Shown: in pieces, positions 9,432 to 17,360 of the stretch | Position numbering within the stretch: position 1 is the first letter of the stretch | How the letters are laid out: each line of letters starts with the position of its first letter | Sequence record: PV340856.1 | Length of the DNA: 64,000 bases | Direction: 5' to 3' (one strand) | Notes under the pieces: model-generated | The model's database searches: none | What the model saw: only the letters and a program-made list of their open reading frames with translations | Told to the model about the DNA's origin: nothing | Program-made: the position numbers and the translations under genes

Positions 9432-10059
9432 TTTGTGGTTGAATTGGAAAATCGCAGTTTTTGAAACATTTCCTGAACTGTATCACCATTCGACTTGGGC
9501 TAATTGGGAGGGAAAAGGAACCTCCCTCTTAGCCAAACTTTACGGAACACCTAAAGATAGGTACATCAATAAGTCTAGGGAGGTTGAGATCTGGGACGAT
9601 AAATCCTGCATCTACAACAACATCATCTATCCTAGGACAGGTGAAAATCTCCCTTGCTTTGGTATGGACCTTATGGGGTTCTTTGAAAAGAAAGTCATTA
9701 TTGTATTTGACTTTCAACATCCAGTAGAGAATTACTTGTTCTCTCATCCTGATCTGCCAAAGGCGGAAGGAAATTACAGGTTCTTTGAACCTGGAAATCA
9801 CTTCTCAGAAAACATTTACGTTGCTAAATGTACTATGTCTGAAGTGGATGAACACCTGGAAATGTTCAAGAAATACTTGACTGTTTACAAAGAAATGTTA
9901 GAATGTAGGAAACCTAGCGGGTTTTCAATGTATTCTACATACGGAGATTTCGACAAATATATGAGGAGACTTGATCCCGTTGGTGGATATCTTTCTAGTA
10001 AATTTGGAGAAGAAAAAGCAGAATCATTGGTAAACGATTTCCTTTTCTGTTATGGTTAA
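9424..10059 (+). CDS. pebS: Phycoerythrobilin synthase (ferredoxin-dependent bilin reductase)
   Basis: LPCFGMDLM..KKVIIVFDFQHP, YRFFEPGNHFS, DFDKYMRRLDPV, FVND-like C-terminus match recalled P-SSM2 PebS. Confidence 0.88.
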   Translation: MNDLWLNWKIAVFETFPELYHHSTWANWEGKGTSLLAKLYGTPKDRYINKSREVEIWDDKSCIYNNIIYPRTGENLPCFGMDLMGFFEKKVIIVFDFQHPVENYLFSHPDLPKAEGNYRFFEPGNHFSENIYVAKCTMSEVDEHLEMFKKYLTVYKEMLECRKPSGFSMYSTYGDFDKYMRRLDPVGGYLSSKFGEEKAESLVNDFLFCYG

Positions 10060-10882
10060 CTCCTGGTCTTTACTTTATGATGAACTTATGAGCCAAGAAC
10101 ATTCTAAGTATTGGTACGATTATGATCGCAATGATCCTGATCGTAAAAATCCTTTTGCAAAAGAGGATGATGGACGTGATGAAGATGGTCGATATCCTGC
10201 CGATCATCCAAGTCAAGAATTTTGGTATGAAGATGGTATTAGTCTGACTGGAAATCCTGCGCCTTCGGCACAAGATACAATCAATTTAGACTTTGGCACA
10301 TCCGACCAAGGTATTGTAAACTTCGGTGCAGCACAACCAGTTCCTATGGACGGTATTTTTGGTGGTGCTGGAACCGATATTCTTAATTTTGATATGAACT
10401 CATCTGATATGGATTTCATCAGTGCTAATGGAGGGTTTGAATACACTCCACTTTCTGGTGAAGTTTCTGCACGAACTGATGATTGGGTTTACGAATCTCC
10501 CGATGGAGGTAAAACTGTAACTCGTCGTCGTCCTGGTGCTGACTATACAACTAAAGAAGTAATTAAAACAGAGGAAAAATCCCCTCATTTCTGGCAGTAC
10601 GAAGAAGATAAAACTCTTAAGGAGGTTCGTGAATATATTTCGGGAACCTATCATTCCCACTATACATCCAAAGAGTCTAAGACGCAGACTCTCGATTTGA
10701 TTGAAAGTATCGGTGATGCAGAAGCATTCACTCGATCTAACGCTATCAAATATCTGTCACGGTTTGGTAAGAAGGATGGCAAATCCAAACTTGACATCCT
10801 AAAAGCCATCCACTATTGTATTCTTCTCTACCATTTCGCTGGACTTCATAATGCAAACAAAAACCCCTTTGAAACTTTCTGA
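10052..10882 (+). CDS. DUF3310-like (T7 gp1.7-type nucleotide kinase-like) domain with long acidic N-terminal extension
   Basis: C-terminal HY..LDLIESIG..SNAIKYLSRFGKKDG..DILKAIHY pattern. Confidence 0.6.
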   Translation: MVNSWSLLYDELMSQEHSKYWYDYDRNDPDRKNPFAKEDDGRDEDGRYPADHPSQEFWYEDGISLTGNPAPSAQDTINLDFGTSDQGIVNFGAAQPVPMDGIFGGAGTDILNFDMNSSDMDFISANGGFEYTPLSGEVSARTDDWVYESPDGGKTVTRRRPGADYTTKEVIKTEEKSPHFWQYEEDKTLKEVREYISGTYHSHYTSKESKTQTLDLIESIGDAEAFTRSNAIKYLSRFGKKDGKSKLDILKAIHYCILLYHFAGLHNANKNPFETF

Positions 10883-11537
10883 TCGTACTGTTAATCTTCT
10901 TCGTAACTTCTCGTCGATTAATCAGTCGATTCTGTTCAAAGAAGGTAACAAACTTCGCACCATCAGTGTGATGAAGAACATCCTTGCAGAAGCAAACATT
11001 GATGAAGAACTTCCACAAGACTTTGGTATCTATGACCTTGGTCAGTTTCTCAATTCCCTGAATCTTTTTCAGGAACCTGAACTGAACTTCGATGGATCCA
11101 GCTATGTCACTCTTAAAGAGGGACGACAGAAATCTAAGTATTTCTTTGCTGATCCTAGTGTTATTGTATCTCCTCCCGACAAGTCTATCGAACTGCCTAC
11201 AGTTGATGTTGATTTTATTCTGAAGAGTTCTCAACTTGATCGTCTTCTTAAGGCTGCTGCAGTCTACCACCTCACAGACCTTTCTGTGATCGGTGAAGAC
11301 GGTGAGATCAAACTGATGGTACATGACCGTAAGAACGACACGTCTAACGACTTCTCTATCGTTGTAGGCGAGACTAGCAAGAACTTTGGTCTCCACTTCA
11401 AAGTTGAGAATATTAAAATTGTCCCTGGTTCTTACGAAGTTTCTATTTCTAAAAAACTTCTTTCTCAGTTTAAATCCTCTGAGTATGATTTGACTTACTT
11501 TATTGCTCTTGAGCCTGATCTTACCTGGGAAGAATAA
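10851..11537 (+). CDS. gp45: Sliding clamp gp45
   Basis: LKLSDRTVNLLRNFSSINQSI, FGIYDLGQFL, YFIALEPD. Confidence 0.95.
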   Translation: MQTKTPLKLSDRTVNLLRNFSSINQSILFKEGNKLRTISVMKNILAEANIDEELPQDFGIYDLGQFLNSLNLFQEPELNFDGSSYVTLKEGRQKSKYFFADPSVIVSPPDKSIELPTVDVDFILKSSQLDRLLKAAAVYHLTDLSVIGEDGEIKLMVHDRKNDTSNDFSIVVGETSKNFGLHFKVENIKIVPGSYEVSISKKLLSQFKSSEYDLTYFIALEPDLTWEE

Positions 11538-11540
11538 ACA

Positions 11541-11569
11541 TTGACGATATTCTGCCCTATGGTTATCAT
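11541..11569 (+). promoter_or_regulatory. Sigma70-type promoter with the -10 box inside a 9-bp inverted repeat
   Basis: TTGACG-N17-TATCAT; TGCCCTATG (11553-11561) / CATAGGGCA (11567-11575). Confidence 0.6.
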
Positions 11570-11589
11570 AGGGCATATCCAACATTATC

Positions 11590-12117
11590 ATGAATATTTT
11601 TGTAACAGATCAATGTCCAAAAAATTCAGCGACAGTTCTTCCTGATAAACATATTGTTAAAATGCCACTTGAATCCTGTCAGATGATTTCTATCATCTAC
11701 AGCAAGTGGTATTTAAATTGGGGAGAAGTTTATCGCAAGGATGGTCAACCATATAATACAAAAAAAGGTGCCTTTCGCAATCACCCATGCACTAAGTGGG
11801 CTGCAAAGAATCATTACAATCTTGCTTGGTTGATTCAACATGGATGTGCATTGACTACCGAGTATCTCCATAGGTATGGAAAAATTCATACATGTGCAAA
11901 AACTTTGTTTGAAGCCAAAAAAATGTTTCATCGTCTAGTTGGTGAGACAATTACATGTTATAATATGGCTGATAATTTTGTTCGTGCAATGCCAGATGAG
12001 TTTAAACTTGACACAAGCATCGACACTTTTACTGCTTACAAAATGTATATCTCATCCAAACCTTGGGTTGCATCTAATTATCTTCGTGACGAATCCCGTA
12101 AACCAAATTGGATATGA
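11590..12117 (+). CDS. Conserved phage protein, possible pyrimidine-dimer glycosylase-like family
   Basis: MNIF..DKHIVKMPLESCQM..HPCTKW pattern typical of this widespread family. Confidence 0.55.
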   Translation: MNIFVTDQCPKNSATVLPDKHIVKMPLESCQMISIIYSKWYLNWGEVYRKDGQPYNTKKGAFRNHPCTKWAAKNHYNLAWLIQHGCALTTEYLHRYGKIHTCAKTLFEAKKMFHRLVGETITCYNMADNFVRAMPDEFKLDTSIDTFTAYKMYISSKPWVASNYLRDESRKPNWI

Positions 12118-12120
12118 TCT

Positions 12121-12318
12121 ATGAATGACCAGTATATGATTAACGATGGCGAATCCAAACAAGACAAGTGGAACAGAGGACTTGATCTTTTCATTGAGTC
12201 TGTTCTGAAACCTGACCATGCTCTCCGTCAGTGTGCTCATAATCAGAAGTGTTATCACGAATTGATGGATGTGCGACAAGATGTATTGGACTACTTGAAT
12301 ACTTTGCGATGGCACTGA
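12121..12318 (+). CDS. Hypothetical protein
   Basis: KWNRGLDLFIESVLKPD..LRQCAHNQKC; fills gap in operon. Confidence 0.7.
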   Translation: MNDQYMINDGESKQDKWNRGLDLFIESVLKPDHALRQCAHNQKCYHELMDVRQDVLDYLNTLRWH

Positions 12319-12449
12319 AGAATCCTATAGTCCCAATCTGTATGTTCCTTGGAGTAATCTTTGCTACATTATCTGTTATTGTTGCAGGATACTTTCATGG
12401 TAAAATGAACATTGGTGCCGTTTGGCACAATTTGCATAACTTTAACTAA
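12309..12449 (+). CDS. Small single-TM hypothetical protein
   Basis: MALKNPIVPICMFLGVIFATLSVIVAGYFHGKMN; hydrophobic helix. Confidence 0.55.
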   Translation: MALKNPIVPICMFLGVIFATLSVIVAGYFHGKMNIGAVWHNLHNFN

Positions 12450-12452
12450 ATT

Positions 12453-13403
12453 ATGAACAACCAGGATTTTCTTTGGGTTGAGAAATATCGCCCAAAGACT
12501 ATTGAAGATTGTATCCTTCCCGAGGATACGAAAAAAACTTTCAAGTCATTCCTGGAGAAAGGTGAGATTCCAAATTTACTTCTCGCTGGACCTCCTGGCA
12601 TTGGAAAGACTACTATTGCAAAGGCACTATGTCACGAACTTGGAGTAGATTATTATGTCATCAACGGATCCGATGAAGGACGATTTCTGGATACAGTACG
12701 GAACCAGGCCAAGAATTTCGCTGCGACCGTATCACTATCGGCATCTGACGCAAAGCACAAAGTCATCATTATTGACGAAGCTGACAACACAACCCACGAC
12801 GTACAGCTCCTCCTACGGGCAAATATTGAGGCGTTTTATAAAAACTGCCGATTCATCTTTACTTGCAACTATCGAAACCGAATTGTTGAACCAATACAAT
12901 CTCGGTGTTCTGTCATCGAGTTCGGAATTACAGGAAAAAACAAACCTGCAATCGCCTCAAAGTTCTTCAAACGACTCCAAACCATCCTGGATAAGGAGAA
13001 TATTAAGGCGGATCCAAAGGTCCTTGCCGAACTGATTAACAAACACTTCCCTGATTGGAGACGTGTTCTGAACGAATGTCAGAGACATGCATCCTCGGGA
13101 GAAATTGACTCATCAATCCTTGCTAATTTTTCCGATGTCAATATTCAAGACCTTATCAAGGCGCTTAAGGATAAGAAGTTTCCCGAGGTCCGTAAATGGG
13201 TCGTTAATAATCTGGACAATGATCCTGGTGTACTTCTTCGTCGTCTTTACGATGCTCTTTTTGAAACCCTTGACGGTCCTAGCGTTGCTGCTGCTGTGCT
13301 CATTATTGCTAAATATCAGTATCAGATCGCGTTCGTAGCGGATCAAGAAATTAACTTACTTGCTGCTATGACCGAAATTATGGTGGAGTGCGAGTTCAAA
13401 TGA
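12453..13403 (+). CDS. gp44: Clamp loader large subunit gp44
   Basis: LWVEKYRP, GPPGIGKT, IIIDEAD, SRC motif. Confidence 0.95.
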   Translation: MNNQDFLWVEKYRPKTIEDCILPEDTKKTFKSFLEKGEIPNLLLAGPPGIGKTTIAKALCHELGVDYYVINGSDEGRFLDTVRNQAKNFAATVSLSASDAKHKVIIIDEADNTTHDVQLLLRANIEAFYKNCRFIFTCNYRNRIVEPIQSRCSVIEFGITGKNKPAIASKFFKRLQTILDKENIKADPKVLAELINKHFPDWRRVLNECQRHASSGEIDSSILANFSDVNIQDLIKALKDKKFPEVRKWVVNNLDNDPGVLLRRLYDALFETLDGPSVAAAVLIIAKYQYQIAFVADQEINLLAAMTEIMVECEFK

Positions 13404-13630
13404 AAAAGAAGATTGATAAATTAATTGACAAGTCTCTTAGATTTCATCATCGTGATATTCATCAAGAGATTAATGGCATGAAACTCAGTGCTCAAATTAA
13501 ATCTAAGTGGTATTATATTTTCTGGGGAATTGCTACAGTTTCTGTAGTCTCAGGACAGTTATATGTTGGGAGTGGATATAGAATTATGTCTGACTCCATG
13601 AAGGAGTTAATTGAACATGCAGCTAAGTGA
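13400..13630 (+). CDS. Small membrane hypothetical protein
   Basis: ATGA overlap with gp44 stop; KWYYIFWGIATVSVVSGQLYVG TM segment. Confidence 0.6.
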   Translation: MKKKIDKLIDKSLRFHHRDIHQEINGMKLSAQIKSKWYYIFWGIATVSVVSGQLYVGSGYRIMSDSMKELIEHAAK

Positions 13631-14747
13631 AACCGATGCAGTATATGCAGCTAGTAAATTCATTGATTACTTTTCAAACACTGGAAGAATCGATGAATAT
13701 CTTCGCACAGTCAAACTAGATCGTATTGCCGATCAACCACAATCTCTCTTTGGTATGCGTCCTGAAGATGATCTCTTCAGCAACTTTGACATGCATCCAG
13801 AGGATATGGATATTAGAGTGTACCCTGCTGGAGAAAAAGATAGACAAGATTCTTTCCAGAATGAATACTTCAATGAGAGACTTCAGATTACGATGTCTCA
13901 TGCTTTTGAAACTTCTATTCCTGGAAAATCTCTAAAGTGGATTGTCCAAGAGAAGAATACTAACAAGACCCTTGGGTTTATTCGGTTCGGTTCTCCCACC
14001 ATCAATAGCAAACCTCGCAATGAGTGGTTGGGTGATACGCCAGAACTCAGTAGATTCAATCGTCATGCAATCATGGGATTTGTTATTGTCCCTACTCAAC
14101 CGTTCGGTTTCAACTACCTGGGCGGTAAACTCTTAGCTCTTCTTTGTTGTTCTCACGCCGCTAGAGAACAGTTAAATAGTAAGTACGGTTCGGATATCTG
14201 TCTGTTTGAGACTACCTCTCTGTACGGGTCTACAAAGTCCTCCTCACAGTACGATGGACTCAAACCCTACATGAGGTACAGAGGACTCACTGACAGCGAT
14301 TTTACACCGCTCTTACACGACAATATATTCAAAGACCTGAACAAATGGTTCATAGCAAGGAACAACGACAAACTCCTGGTGAAGGAGGACGCATCGAGTC
14401 GCAAACTCAAGACTCAACAAAAGATGATATCAATCATCAAGAAGAACTTACCTTCTCAAAAGGTTGTGGAGTTCACAACTGCGATTGCAAGTGCAAAAAA
14501 TCTGACTGAACAAAAGCGTTTCTATATGTGTGACTATGGATTCAGCAATGCTCGTGAAGTTATTCTCGGTGAACAAGAAACTCTCTGTCCTGGCCAGAAT
14601 TATGAAAAGTTCCATACCGAGAACTTGATTAAATGGTGGAAGAATAAATCTTCTAAACGATATGCGAAATTAAAGTCGGAAGGAAGACTTCGCATCAAAC
14701 TTGAAACCTGGAATACCAATCCAGATGAAATTGATATTATTAGATAA
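13617..14747 (+). CDS. DUF4338 / DruA-like protein
   Basis: VPTQPFGFNYLGGKLLALL, ETTSLYG, SSQY motifs resemble recalled DruA-family motifs. Confidence 0.55.
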   Translation: MQLSETDAVYAASKFIDYFSNTGRIDEYLRTVKLDRIADQPQSLFGMRPEDDLFSNFDMHPEDMDIRVYPAGEKDRQDSFQNEYFNERLQITMSHAFETSIPGKSLKWIVQEKNTNKTLGFIRFGSPTINSKPRNEWLGDTPELSRFNRHAIMGFVIVPTQPFGFNYLGGKLLALLCCSHAAREQLNSKYGSDICLFETTSLYGSTKSSSQYDGLKPYMRYRGLTDSDFTPLLHDNIFKDLNKWFIARNNDKLLVKEDASSRKLKTQQKMISIIKKNLPSQKVVEFTTAIASAKNLTEQKRFYMCDYGFSNAREVILGEQETLCPGQNYEKFHTENLIKWWKNKSSKRYAKLKSEGRLRIKLETWNTNPDEIDIIR

Positions 14748-15127
14748 TGGAACTCAAAGACTGGCTAAACTCTATCAACTTCAACAAACAAGATCTTATT
14801 AAAGAAGATCCTGATCGCGAAAAAAAGTATCCCGCTTTTATTATAAACAAGTGCCTATCTGGGTTTCTGGATACAATCATGTTTGCTAATGAGATGAATT
14901 TGTCTCATCAATTACCAAATAAACTCCAATATGACTTTTATCTAAATAGTCTCAGGAAAAAGAAGAGATTCTCTCCCTGGCTCCGAAAAGAGAAAATTAA
15001 AGACCTTGACCTTGTTAAACAGTACTATGGATATAGTAATGAAAAAGCAATGCAGGCTTTGACGATTCTAAATAAAAGACAACTGGATTACATTAGAGAA
15101 CGACTTGACGTTGGAGGTACAAAATGA
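14747..15127 (+). CDS. gp62: Clamp loader small subunit gp62
   Basis: LKDWLNSIN, YPAFIINKCLS, LRKKKRFSPW, YYGYSNEKA. Confidence 0.92.
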   Translation: MELKDWLNSINFNKQDLIKEDPDREKKYPAFIINKCLSGFLDTIMFANEMNLSHQLPNKLQYDFYLNSLRKKKRFSPWLRKEKIKDLDLVKQYYGYSNEKAMQALTILNKRQLDYIRERLDVGGTK

Positions 15128-15558
15128 CTGCATTTGCAGAGCCTGAGGTTAATTGGTCTGCCGACCGAATGGTAGAAGTGACACTAAATGAACCCGATGA
15201 TTTTCTGAAGGTTCGTGAAACTCTAACACGAATCGGAGTAGCTTCTAGGAAAGAGAAGAAGATTTATCAGAGTTGCCATATCCTGCATAAACAGGGTAGA
15301 TATTATATTGTTCATTTCAAAGAGTTGTTTGCTCTGGACGGTAAACACGCCAATCTTACAATTAATGATGTGCAGAGACGTAATCGCATCATTAATCTTC
15401 TAAGTGATTGGGGATTGATTAATATTGTTAAACCTGATGATACTATGGATGTTGCTCCTCTAAACCAGATTAAAGTTTTGTCTTACAAAGATAAGAATGA
15501 TTGGACACTAGAGACTAAGTATAATATCGGCAAAAAGAAGAAGGTAGAAACCGTATAG
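15124..15558 (+). CDS. regA: Translational repressor RegA
   Basis: DDFLKVRETLTRIG, QSCHILHKQGRYYIVHFKELF. Confidence 0.95.
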   Translation: MTAFAEPEVNWSADRMVEVTLNEPDDFLKVRETLTRIGVASRKEKKIYQSCHILHKQGRYYIVHFKELFALDGKHANLTINDVQRRNRIINLLSDWGLINIVKPDDTMDVAPLNQIKVLSYKDKNDWTLETKYNIGKKKKVETV

Positions 15559-15562
15559 GTTT

Positions 15563-15587
15563 GGGGGGTTTACCACCCCCTTTTTTT
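15563..15587 (+). terminator. Intrinsic terminator after regA
   Basis: GGGGG-N-CCCCC stem followed by T7. Confidence 0.75.
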
Positions 15588-15599
15588 ATGGTATACTAT

Positions 15600-15664
15600 C
15601 TAAATAGTGATGGATGCCTTCGGGGTCCTCACAATACAAACTCGCTTTCTAAGGAGCTACAATC
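15600..15664 (+). promoter_or_regulatory. Late promoter plus structured 5' leader of hsp20
   Basis: CTAAATA at 15600; C(UUCG)G hairpin 15607-15632; weak hairpin 15641-15656 containing the SD AAGGAG. Confidence 0.6.
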
Positions 15665-16099
15665 ATGGGAAACCTACAACGCTATCAAGCGGCTGATCTT
15701 CCTCAGCTGTTTGATCGAATCACTCGTAATGCTATTGGGATGGACGATTATTTTGATCGTATCTTTACTCTCAATGAATCGGTTAGCAATTACCCTCCAT
15801 TCAATCTTGTCCAAGTAAACAATGTAGAGTCTCGACTTGAAATTGCATTGGCTGGATTTAAGAATGAAGAGGTAAAAGTCTATACAGAATTTGGGAAACT
15901 CTTCATTGAAGGAAAGAAAGAAGAAGAAGAATCTCAAAAAACCTATGCCCATCGCGGCATTGCTCAAAGATCTTTTATTCGTAGTTGGACTCTCTCGGAT
16001 GATACAGAGATTCGCTCGGTAACCTTTGAGGATGGGCTACTGACGGTTGATCTAGGTAAGGTCGTCCCTGACCACCATTTGAGAAAAGAATGGTTCTAA
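15665..16099 (+). CDS. hsp20: Small heat shock protein
   Basis: NYPPFNL, LEIALAGF, HRGIAQRSF, FEDGLLTV alpha-crystallin motifs. Confidence 0.95.
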   Translation: MGNLQRYQAADLPQLFDRITRNAIGMDDYFDRIFTLNESVSNYPPFNLVQVNNVESRLEIALAGFKNEEVKVYTEFGKLFIEGKKEEEESQKTYAHRGIAQRSFIRSWTLSDDTEIRSVTFEDGLLTVDLGKVVPDHHLRKEWF

Positions 16100-16164
16100 A
16101 TACTTAGGAATATCGTCGCCGCTGGGGGAAGTCTGGTCACAGTCAGACACTCCCCCTTTTTTTT
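16096..16164 (+). ncRNA. Candidate approximately 60-nt late small RNA
   Basis: CTAAATA promoter overlapping the hsp20 stop, 21-nt unpaired leader, GC-rich hairpin 16124-16156, T8; no ORF. Confidence 0.45.
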
Positions 16165-16167
16165 AGC

Positions 16168-16196
16168 TTGACAAATAAATAATTTTAGCTTATGAT
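16168..16196 (+). promoter_or_regulatory. Sigma70-type promoter
   Basis: TTGACA-N17-TATGAT. Confidence 0.75.
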
Positions 16197-16218
16197 ACGA
16201 GCATAATACACTTAGATC

Positions 16219-16413
16219 ATGAACTACAAACCGTACAGTCAGGAATGGCATAGGTATCGGTATCTTAAGGAAGCTATCGATACTTACCTTGACGATTACG
16301 TTGAAAATGATATCATTATGAATGATATTCTAGATATCATTTGTGAACGTCAAGAACGGGCACATGTTGAGTATCATCGGTTGGAAGACCTGGAATTAAA
16401 ACTGCGGGAGTAA
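16219..16413 (+). CDS. Hypothetical protein
   Basis: First ORF after promoter; MNYKPYSQEWHRYRYLKEAI. Confidence 0.7.
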   Translation: MNYKPYSQEWHRYRYLKEAIDTYLDDYVENDIIMNDILDIICERQERAHVEYHRLEDLELKLRE

Positions 16414-16414
16414 C

Positions 16415-16729
16415 ATGCTATCTACTCAATACAGACTCCGACTGGAGTTCATCTGTAAGAAGATCGCTAACAAAGAAGAAGTACAATTGGATGATATGAT
16501 TTGGGCAGAGAAACTTGCCAAGCGTCATACCACTGCTCGTGACTGGTTAAACAAAGCACGCCGTCAAGCCTCTCAAGATATTCAAGAGGGGACCATTGAT
16601 GATTTTATGAATAAGATGGGACTAGGAGACCCCGACCCATCTAATTATAAAACGGGGTTCGATAGTGCTGACGAAATTGTTGATTGGTTCAAACAAGACA
16701 AACCTGATGATTGGAGACAAAGAGACTGA
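16415..16729 (+). CDS. Conserved cyanophage/cyanobacterial hypothetical protein
   Basis: MLSTQYRLRLEFIC..DMIWAEKLAK..DWRQRD. Confidence 0.75.
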   Translation: MLSTQYRLRLEFICKKIANKEEVQLDDMIWAEKLAKRHTTARDWLNKARRQASQDIQEGTIDDFMNKMGLGDPDPSNYKTGFDSADEIVDWFKQDKPDDWRQRD

Positions 16730-16732
16730 ATT

Positions 16733-17083
16733 ATGGCTGTAAAACTTGTATTGATGGAATCTGGAGATCTAGTTATCGCAGATGTGAAACAGGCTGTAGA
16801 AGGAGATAAAGTAATTTTTACTGTTCTAGATTGTCCTTTCTTTGCGGAACTGGTGGAAATACAACGAGAACCAGAACTTCTTGTGGAAGAAAATTTGGTG
16901 AATATGGATCAAGATGATTCACCTAGATATAATGTCGCTTTTACTGAGTGGCAACCCCTGACTTCGGACAGAAAGATTTCTATTGAACCAGGATTTGTGG
17001 TGTCGATAATGGAACCTAAGAAAGAAGTCAAAGAGTCTTATGAAGAACGAATAAACCAACTTTATGGAACCAATGGAAAGTGA
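16733..17083 (+). CDS. Hypothetical protein (Sm-like)
   Basis: VKLVLMESGDLVIAD; typical gene before gp43. Confidence 0.7.
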   Translation: MAVKLVLMESGDLVIADVKQAVEGDKVIFTVLDCPFFAELVEIQREPELLVEENLVNMDQDDSPRYNVAFTEWQPLTSDRKISIEPGFVVSIMEPKKEVKESYEERINQLYGTNGK

Positions 17084-17360
17084 AATTCAATGCATCATTT
17101 TGACTAATGATGTCGTCCTTATCAGTCAAATTGAATCTGTTGCCGCTGACATTGGTGCTCCAGATTGCAAACTAACATCTCCATATCAAATTTTGGGAAG
17201 GCATGAAACTGATTCTCCTCCCGAAGAACGTTTGATTCCATGGTTAGGAGATGTTACAGATGACAATGTTGTGATGATTTCTTCTGATAAAATCCTAACA
17301 TTGGTCGAACCACACAAAAAACTTATCGACTTTTACTTGAAACTTGCTACAAAGGAATGA
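17064..17360 (+). CDS. Hypothetical protein
   Basis: Overlap-coupled to gp43; ISSDKILTLVEP. Confidence 0.7.
   Translation: MEPMESEIQCIILTNDVVLISQIESVAADIGAPDCKLTSPYQILGRHETDSPPEERLIPWLGDVTDDNVVMISSDKILTLVEPHKKLIDFYLKLATKE

Noticed and set aside
10746-11591. 281-aa minus-strand ORF
   Set aside because: Antisense shadow of gp45; no motifs or promoter
15561-15818. 85-aa ORF spanning the terminator and hsp20 leader
   Set aside because: Crosses a terminator and a late promoter and overlaps hsp20 out of frame
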